Shown here piece by piece: positions 23,763 through 32,194 of a stretch of DNA of 32,194 nt. Numbering within the stretch: the first letter of the stretch is position 1; each line of letters begins with the position of its first letter. The stretch lies in the NCBI GenBank assembly GCA_051453625.1, contig JBOZIK010000001.1:24100731-24132924 (forward strand), in the 5' to 3' direction. A program made the translations under genes and the position numbers. This stretch comes from Welwitschia mirabilis (lineage: Eukaryota). The notes beneath the pieces were generated by a model. It searched no databases, was not told where the DNA came from, and worked only from the letters and a program-made list of their open reading frames with translations.

Positions 23763-24843
23763 TGTTAGGATCTGAAAGCACCCTAAGGGGTGGGGGGGGT
23801 GTGGGGGGGTTGAATAGGGTATTAAAAATATTTTGAAATAGCAGTAACTTTGGATCTGAAAACATATGAACAACAAGAGCAAAAATAGTGCAAAATGATA
23901 AAGAAAACACAAAACAAATGCACTAGATTTATATAGTGGTTCTGTCAAGCCTACTCCACTCTCAGGGGGTAGCAAATAGCTATTAGCCTCCTAGTTCCTT
24001 TATCTCCAAAGGATCTTTACAATAACTCCTTCACACAGAGCTCGTACGGCTTCCAGGCCACTACTCATATCCTTGAGCCACTTACAGCTTAGAATGTGAG
24101 AGAAAGATTTCTAATACAAGAGTGCGCAGATCAAGCATAGGTCATTAGTGTTTCGAAACTCAAATAATAATCTTCTACTCAAGATAGATTGCTCAGAATA
24201 GTACAATAGCTTTCAGAAGGCAAAACAAGTTTGGTAAAATCAAAATTTAGCAATACACTAGAAATCTTTTGCAATATGTGTGCATTCTTTACAATACAAT
24301 AGAGAGGTATTTAAGTAGAAGAAGAATGGCTAAGGTTTTTGATCCTTGAAGCATATGCCAGACATTCAAAAAGGAGCTGTTGAAAAGTTGAAACCTGTAG
24401 CTAACGTTTATAGACGGCTATATTTCCGTGCCAATGGATGAAAGGCTAAGCGTCCCATCGAGGGAACTTGGACATCCTGGTTTTAATCTGCTTTTCCCAG
24501 AAAACTAAATACAGGGTCAGACATCCCGATTTTATAGGCTGATCGTCCGTGTACAAATTGTCGTGTACAAGTCTGGACGTCCCGGTTTCACAAGACGGAC
24601 GTCCCGGTATAGTCAAACCGAATACAGAGTCGGACGTCCCAGTTTCGTAGGGCAGATGTCCTAATATAGTCAGACCGAATACAAGGCCAGACGTCCCAGA
24701 TTCACAGGGTGAATGTCCTAGTATAGAAAACCGAGCACTTGTTTAGACGTCCCAATTTCATCGGGCAGACGTCCCGACCTAATGAGGACTTGCTTTTTGA
24801 TTTACGAGTTTGATTCTCATCATTGAAAACACATGTTCCAACA
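23763..24843 (-). repeat. 3' LTR of element 2 (~1.08 kb)
   Basis: Minus strand TGTTGGAAC..GATCCTAACA; C-rich end; palindrome array at ~24470-24774. Confidence 0.88.
24575..24774. repeat. LTR array of paired GGACGTCC palindromes (56-57-bp unit)
   Basis: Motif starts at 24575, 24597, 24632, 24654, 24689, 24711, 24745, 24767; weaker copies down to ~24450. Confidence 0.88.
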
Positions 24844-25106
24844 ATCTCCCATCTCCCCCTTTTCAATCATGACAAACTTGTATGCGCTATTGAATGCAAG
24901 ATTTTCAAGAGATGATGTTAGATTGCCATAAAGTTGTTTTGGAACAAAAGTTCTCCCCCATAATTAGACATATATCTGTTGATTTACTGAATTTGAGCTC
25001 TCCCCCATCGATGAATAGATATGTACCTCTGTTGTACAGATAATCTCAATGTTCATTTGTTAGCAAAAGCAAAAATAATCACATATTTTCTCCCCCTTTG
25101 TCATCA
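24818..25106 (-). other. Multiple PPTs and junction inverted repeat of element 2
   Basis: CTCCCCC tracts on + at ~24852, ~24953, ~25000 and ~25090; inverted repeat CATCATTGAAAA (24818-24829) / TTTTCAATCATG (24860-24871), one mismatch. Confidence 0.85.
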
Positions 25107-25258
25107 ATTAAAAGTAACGTTAAAAAGTAAAAGAAGCACATGAAAATTGAAAGAAAATGTTTTCTATTAACATAAGATAAGTACAGTAATTAGGATAGTT
25201 GCGAGTACAAAAAGAGAAGATAGAGAAGATAAGCAAGTGAGAGTAAGACAGGAGAAGA

Positions 25259-26332
25259 CTAGTCAAAATCAGAGGGGGAAGATGCTAAAGCCGGTTGCTC
25301 CCCTGGTGTCTCTTCTTCCTCTGAACTCACAGGAATGTCTAGACCATAAGCTGATAATCCGAATAACACACGGTCTATCTTCCTCTTCAATTTTTCTGCG
25401 GTCGCCCTAGTAAAATCGCGAACCTCATGAATGGCCTAAAGCAAATCAGCATTGGATATAGTACATATGCTTGGCCCTTCTTCAATCCTCTGTTTCTTTT
25501 TTGGAGGAGGAGCAGGCCTGATGGTTTCTCAAAAGATGTTCATTTTCTTCAGCGAATATAAACCAAGGGGTTTTGGAACCTTCACAAGCTCCTCATCTTT
25601 TTGTATAGAGAACTGATGGTTTTCCAAGATGGCTGTGATGAGACCACCAAACGGAAGGTTGGAGTAACTTGCAACGAAAAACTAACTGATATAGAACATA
25701 ATAAATTTGCACAAGTTAATTTTGACACCTGTGCCCAGACAAAATAGAATGTACGCACAAAGTGGAGAAACTTCAGCTTTGTGCCCCAGCTTGGAAACCA
25801 GATTATGCATGGAAATATGAAACAAAACTCTGTAAAATGGTTTAAGCTTGTTTGTCGGTAAGTTGGCTCACCAGGGAATGTTCTCTCCACAAAGTTCAAT
25901 TGTCAACACATCTTTAGAAATAGCTTCTTGTAAAGACCTTACAGAAGTAATTTCACGAAAGAACCCCTCATTGGGGTAACTTGTGACAAGAGAAATTGCC
26001 TCTAAGTCTATTACAACTTCTCTCCCATAAACTTTAGTGTAAACAGCCTAAAAAGTAGAGTCAAAACGAGCATTACAATAAAATAGATGTACCATTCTTG
26101 CTAAAGCTCGTGTCTCAGGGCCTAAGGCATTCATCCACCGTTGCTCTTCAAATTTGTGGGCAATTGTCATTTCTCTCCTAAAAGACTCGTAGTTAATTTT
26201 TCGTTCCAGAGCAATAGGCCTCTTGTCCAAACCTTCAAACTAGGCCTTTCTGGTTGCTGCAAAAGTGAACCACTCTTCCTTAGAAGCTGGTTCCTTGCCT
26301 TTCCTTGAAACACCAATCTTTGTTCTCACCAT
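25259..26332 (-). pseudogene. Sirevirus 'env-like' extra ORF of element 2, 358 codons, 6 internal stops, no frameshift
   Basis: MVRTKIGVSRKGKE..MVHLFYCNA..MHNLVSKLGHKAEVSPLCAYILFCLGTG..LPFGGLITAIL..PPPKKKQR..SEEEET. The start is duplicated at 26995 across the gap. Confidence 0.85.
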
Positions 26333-27188
26333 GGCTGATGCAGAGGAGAGTCCAGACANNNNNNNNNNNNNNNNNNNNNNNNNNNNNNNNNNNNNNNNNN
26401 NNNNNNNNNNNNNNNNNNNNNNNNNNNNNNNNNNNNNNNNNNNNNNNNNNNNNNNNNNNNNNNNNNNNNNNNNNNNNNNNNNNNNNNNNNNNNNNNNNNN
26501 NNNNNNNNNNNNNNNNNNNNNNNNNNNNNNNNNNNNNNNNNNNNNNNNNNNNNNNNNNNNNNNNNNNNNNNNNNNNNNNNNNNNNNNNNNNNNNNNNNNN
26601 NNNNNNNNNNNNNNNNNNNNNNNNNNNNNNNNNNNNNNNNNNNNNNNNNNNNNNNNNNNNNNNNNNNNNNNNNNNNNNNNNNNNNNNNNNNNNNNNNNNN
26701 NNNNNNNNNNNNNNNNNNNNNNNNNNNNNNNNNNNNNNNNNNNNNNNNNNNNNNNNNNNNNNNNNNNNNNNNNNNNNNNNNNNNNNNNNNNNNNNNNNNN
26801 NNNNNNNNNNNNNNNNNNNNNNNNNNNNNNNNNNNNNNNNNNNNNNNNNNNNNNNNNNNNNNNNNNNNNNNNNNNNNNNNNNNNNNNNNNNNNNNNNNNN
26901 NNNNNNNNNNNNNNNNNNNNNNNNNNNNNNNNNNNNNNNNNNNNAGAAGCTGGTTCCTTGCCTTTCCTTGAAACACCAATCTTTGTTCTCACCATGGCTG
27001 ATGCAGAGGAGAGTCCAGACAACAAAGAAGGCAAGAAGGGAAAGGGACAGGGGGTGAGGGGGGGTGGTGGTGGTGGAAGAGAGGGAGAGGAAGGATAAGA
27101 TGAAGGAAGCGAAAAATGAAGAAAAAATAGAGATATACATATAAATAAAACCTGGTGGGAGTGCAAATGTCTACACTGCCTTAAACTC

Positions 27189-27334
27189 AGACGTCTGAGG
27201 GAAAAATGTAGGACGTCCAGGTTCTTTTAAAAAAAAAAATAAAAACCCTTTAAAAAGCGGACGTCCGGAAGAGAAAGACAGGACATCCGTGTTGTAACCT
27301 AGACAGATGTTCGGGAAAAAAGTATGGGACGTCC
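27189..27334. promoter_or_regulatory. Three GGACGTCC-type palindrome pairs in the pol/extra-ORF spacer of element 2
   Basis: Pairs 27189/27211, 27259/27281 and 27305/27327, each 22 bp apart. The regulatory role is inferred. Confidence 0.7.
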
Positions 27335-27464
27335 AGGCAAGAAAAAGATAAAGAAATGCAAGTTTGGCAAAAGGAATTCTTAATAGATACAATTGCAAGA
27401 GATACATGGAGGGCTTCTTCCCAAATAATATCAAATTTAGAAGCAGAATATTTCAAAAAGTAAC

Positions 27465-30400
27465 TCATACCTGAGAGAGATATGAGCCTATCCCTAAATT
27501 TTTCCTTAGGAAGATAAATTGCTCTTCATTAAGAGCCTTGGTCATAATATCTGCAATTTGGTGATGAATGTCAATATATTCTAATTTAACAATGCCATTT
27601 TGTACCTGATCTCTGATGAAATGGTGTTTGATATCAATATGCTTTGTGCTAGAGTACTGAACCGGATTCTTAGTGATACTTACTGCACTTGTGTTATTGC
27701 AATACATTCTTATTGTTGGAATCTTCACTCCAAGATCAACTAGCATTTGTTTCATCCAAGTAAGTTCAGCACAGCAAGCTCCAGCAGCAATGTATTCAGC
27801 TCCTGCTGTGGATAAAGAGGTTGTGTTTTGCTTCTTGCTCAACCATGATACAAGGCAATTTCCCATATAGAAACAAGCCATACTGGTGCTTTTTCTGTCA
27901 TCATTGTTGCCTGTCCAATCTGCATCCCTATAACTAACAAGATCAAGTGTAGTATCATATGAATACCATAAACCAATTGTTAGGATTCGTTTCACACACA
28001 AATAGCGGGATTCTTTTGGATCTGATTGACATTTGGCACAGACACCTGCACTGTGGGCTATGTCAAGTCTACTTGCTATAACACATAAGAGACTTCCAAT
28101 TATTCCTCTAAACAGCTTTTGATCAAGTTGTTTACCTTTCTCAGCTTTGCTGATCTTAACACTACTGGATAGAGGAATGTGAGAATCTTGTTCATTGCTC
28201 ATATCATATTTTTAAAGAATGTCTTGAATATACTTAGTTTGACTGATAAAAATGCCATCTTTTAATAGCTTGATTTGTAAATCAAGAAAGAAATTGAGTT
28301 CTCCTACCATACTGATTTCAAATTCATTCTGCATAAGCTTGGCAAATTCTTGAGCTAAGTCTAACTTTGTTGAACCGAAAACTATATCACCAAAATAAAC
28401 TTGAACTATCAATTTATCTTGATTTTCATGTTTTATAAACAAGGTTGGATCAGCTTTTCCTTTGATGAAACAATTTGAAATAAGAAAGAAATTCAACCTA
28501 TCAAACTAGGCTCTAGGTGTTTGCTTTAAAACATAAAGAGCTTTGTTTAATTTATATACATAATTGGGAAACTTGGGGTCTGTAAAACCTGAAGGTTGTG
28601 CTACATACACTTCTTCATTTATAAAACCATTTAAAAACACACTCTTTACATCCATTTGAAACAATTTGATTTTATAGAAGTATGCAAAAGCCAACAACAT
28701 GCGAATTGCTTCTAACCTGGCAACCAAAGGAAATGTCTCACCATAATCTATGCCTTTTTGTTACTGTACCCTGAAGCAACCAATCTTGCCTTCTTCTAAA
28801 TAATATTATGGTTCTCATCTTTTTTGTTTTTTAAAACCCATTTGGTTCCAATAACATGCTTCCTTGGGGAGGAAAAACTAAGTTCCACACTTTGTTCCTC
28901 TCGAATTGGTAGAGCTCATTTGCATGGCTAGCATCCATGCCTCATCTTTTTCTGCTTTCTGAAAATTTTTAGGTTCCAAGGAAGAAAGAAAACATACAAA
29001 ACTTGGACTAACGTGCTCACCACTTCTTGTTATAGGTCCCCTAATTCGGATTGCTTACTATCACCTCCATAGGATGATCTCGTTTGGTTCTTTCCAGTAA
29101 GAAGTGGAAGGTTTGAGTCTCTTCTGAAGATTGAATTTGAATGGGAGAAGGTGATCTTGTCTTAGGTGTTGAAGCATTTTGTCTACGCTATTAGAACTTA
29201 CATCCAAATCATCTATTTTAACATGGGCAGATTCCTCAATTTTGCCAGAAGATTTGTTGAACACCCTATAAACCTTGCTTGTTGAAGAATAACCAAGAAA
29301 TATTTCTTCATCTGATTTTGAATCAAATTTATTCAACGGATCTTTATCTTTAAGAATACCACACTTGCTACCAAAAACTTTAAAATAACTTACATTTGGA
29401 CGCTTTCCATACCAGAGTTCAAAAGTAGTTTTCTTGGTACCCAGTCGAAGAAATACTTTATTGGAAATGTAGCTAGTCATGTTTACTGCTTCAGCTCAAA
29501 AATGATGTGGTAGGGATTGCTCATTCAACATAGTTCATGCCATTTCAATTAGAACTCGATTCTTCCTTTCCACAACAACATTTTCTTGAGGAGTTCTAGG
29601 AGCTGAAAATCGATGACCAATTCCATTAAAATTACAAAAAGTTTCAAATCTATTATTATCAAACTCATCTGTTCTGTCTGTTCGGATAGTTTTGAGAGGA
29701 GTCCCTTGTTTCTTTTGAATTCACCTGCAAACTTTAATAAACATATCAAAAGCTTCATCTTTACTAGATAAAAAGCATATCTAACAAAATATGGAAAAAA
29801 ATCAACAATTACAAGAAAATATTTTCTACCATCAATACTTCTTATTTGGATTACTCTAAGAATATCGATATGGATGAGATATAGCAGTTTGCTTGAAGTA
29901 ATATCCCTTTTGCTAGAGAAGCTAGGGCTAACCAATTTTCCTTTAATGCAAGCCTCACAAATTTTTCCTTGAGCTATATTTAGCTTTGGAATAGCTTTAA
30001 TTATTTCTTTTGAGGAAACAAGTTTCAAATCTTTTCAGATTCATGTGTCCTAAATGTCTATGCCATAAATTAACTTCATTGACTTGGGCTAGATAATATC
30101 TTTCATTAGATTTCTCATAACAACCAAGAACATACATGCATTTTGATCTCACACTTGTAAGAACCTCTTAATTTGTTATTGCATTTGTGATAACACATTT
30201 GTCATGATAAAAAGATACTACATTTTTTTAATCACAAATCTGAGAGATACTAAGTCAATTATGCTTCAATCCATCAAGTAGATACACATCATTAATAATA
30301 GGATGAAAAGTAGAAGCAACAATAGAACCTTACCAATAATCTATCCCTTGTTGTTGTTCCCAAAAGTCACTTCACTATGATCATATTCTTAAAAAGAGGA

Positions 30401-32151
30401 CAGTAAGCTTTTATTCCCTGTCATGTGTCTAGAACACCCACTGTCTATGTACCATCTAGTTCTTTCTTGAGCTTTACAGGCTGCGTGGGCAAATAATGAA
30501 GTGACCGGGTTCTTTCTCACCCATTTCTTGGCAATATGATGTTTTTGATTTTGCACATTAAAATCATTTAACTTAACAAACTTGAACCTATTGCCAACAT
30601 ACCCAAAGTATATGGATTTCCTTAAAGGACAAGAATATTGAATGTGCTCATATCTATTGCAGTAAAAGCATTTCAAGCTAACCTTACCAAAAGATTGCAA
30701 TTTCAGACTCAGTTGGAAAAATTTAAAGATAGAAGACTTACTTGAATGACTTCCCAATCCTGATTTGTCAAGAGAAGATCTCCCCATACTTAACAGACGG
30801 TTGAGGTTGTCCTTCCCTTGGGCCAATCTTTCAGCTATCCTTTTGGAATCCTACAAGCTCATAGATAATTCTTTTATTTTCATGTTAGCTTATTTCAAAT
30901 TTAACTGAAGATCTGATATTTGTTTTTTATATGAAACATTCTTCTTACCTAGATTTAGACTAACTTCATATAATTTCTCATAGACATAAAAAATATCACC
31001 ATCTTTAGAATTATTATCAGATTGAATTTCAGTTTCTGAGCATAATTGAGATTGTTCAATACCTGGAGGAGGAATGGGATGGTCTGGACTTTGCTCTTCG
31101 CTAAAAAAGGTGACTAATCCGAAGTTTAAAGATTTGTTATCACTTGATTGAGCTTCATCATCTGACTCATCATCCCAAGTGACTTTAAAAGCTTTCTTCC
31201 CTTTGAACTTAGATTTCTTCTCCTTCCTTTGTTAGCACATTCAGAGGCAACATGACCAAATCGCTTACACTCATAATATTGAATGGATGAAGATGAGCTC
31301 TTAGCTTTGTCATTCATTCTTCAAGAGCCATTTTTTGAATTATTGAACTCTTTCTTCTTTCTGAGAAATCTCTTGAAGTTGCGAGTTAGTAAGGCTAGAT
31401 CATCATCCGCTTCATCATCGCTTGAGGAATCTTCTTCATGATCATCACTGGCTTTGAGGGCAATGCTCTTCCTTTTGGGAATTTCTTCTTCAGGAAGAAG
31501 GGTGGCTTCATATGCCATTACCGATCCTTTAACTTCTTCAACCCTCATTTTGTCAATATCCTTGCTTTCTTCTATGGCTGTGATTTTGGGTCTGAACTTG
31601 GTAGTCAGACTTCTCAGAATCTTCCTTACTACTCTGTTCTCTAGAACTCTTTCACCTAATCCCCACGTATTGTTCGCAATGTTGCTGATTTTCGTGGTAT
31701 ACTCTGCCAAGGATTCCGATGCTTCCATTTTGATGTTCTCAAATTTTGTGGCTAAGAGTTGTAACTTAGAATTTTTGACAAGATTGGTCCCTTTATGAGC
31801 TACTCTCAGAGTGTCCCACATATCTTTAGCAGTCGTACACTAAACTACTCTGTCATACTCTTCAGTGGAAAGAGTACAGATGATTGCATTCATTGCTTAA
31901 GCATTCATCTGAACAATTTTTTAATCATTTGCATCCCAGTTGTCTCTGGATTTTGGCACTTCTTTTCCGTCTATGTTTGTTTCAGTTGGAGGAGTGTAAC
32001 CATACTCTACTACACCTCATATATCCGGATTTAGAGAAGTCAAGAAAATGCTTATCTTGGATTTCCAGTGAGCATAGTTACTACCATTGGAGAAGGAAGG
32101 TCTTGAAATTGTCTGACCTTCTTGATGCCCTGCAAAGTTAGAGGATGCCAT
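27465..32151 (-). pseudogene. Degenerate gag-pol of element 2
   Basis: ATG at 32151, MASSNFAGHQEGQTISRPS..NYAHWK; gag VRKILRSL..KITAIEE; two CCHC knuckles; WYIDSGCSRHMTG; integrase; VARLEAIRMLLA..MDVKSVFLNG; DADWTG..SLSTAGAEYIAA..KHIDIKHHFIRD. Confidence 0.93.
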
Positions 32152-32194
32152 TGAAACTGATCCTGCACTAAAATAAAAATTATGTGCAGATCTA

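Larger units (their letters stand above)
23763..32194 (-). mobile_element. Ty1/copia Sirevirus element 2; degenerate, PBS and 5' LTR beyond window end
   Basis: gag-pol, extra ORF, multiple PPTs, junction inverted repeat and 3' LTR, all homologous to element 1. Confidence 0.93.

Noticed and set aside
25582..25899. 105-aa ORF, plus antisense ORFs such as 5298-5606, 6982-7329 and 31454-31798
   Set aside because: Off-frame or antisense shadows of TE sequence with no recognisable motifs.
26282..27021. Identical 77-bp repeat of the extra-ORF start, and long X-filled ORFs
   Set aside because: An exact duplicate on both sides of an N run is an unmerged contig overlap; the ORFs exist only because Ns contain no stops.

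Overview
AT-rich plant nuclear DNA from a gapped short-read assembly, made of decayed, nested transposons and gene relics; I found no intact protein-coding gene. Two related but diverged Ty1/copia Sirevirus (SIRE/Maximus) elements face each other: element 1 at ~495-7918 (+) and element 2 at 23763->32194 (-). Each has a degenerate gag-pol, a 358-codon 'env-like' extra ORF, multiple PPTs, the junction inverted repeat and a 3' LTR with GGACGTCC palindrome arrays. Between them lie the first three exons of an RGP1-like pseudogene (-) with a TE-filled 5.5-kb intron, a three-exon LRR-RLK-II (NIK-like) fragment next to a CACTA terminus, two nested chromovirus relics, a tandem array of Met-tRNA primer-binding sites, and a copia LTR interrupted by element 2. 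The most interesting signals are three. (i) The extra ORF carries a conserved NLS-like motif and is preceded by the same 21-22-bp-spaced palindrome dimers found in the LTRs. (ii) Both copies of that ORF are frameshift-free and have TAG at the same codons, 95 and 217. (iii) The PBS array has a ~60-bp period. All family calls come from motif recognition by eye; no searches were run.
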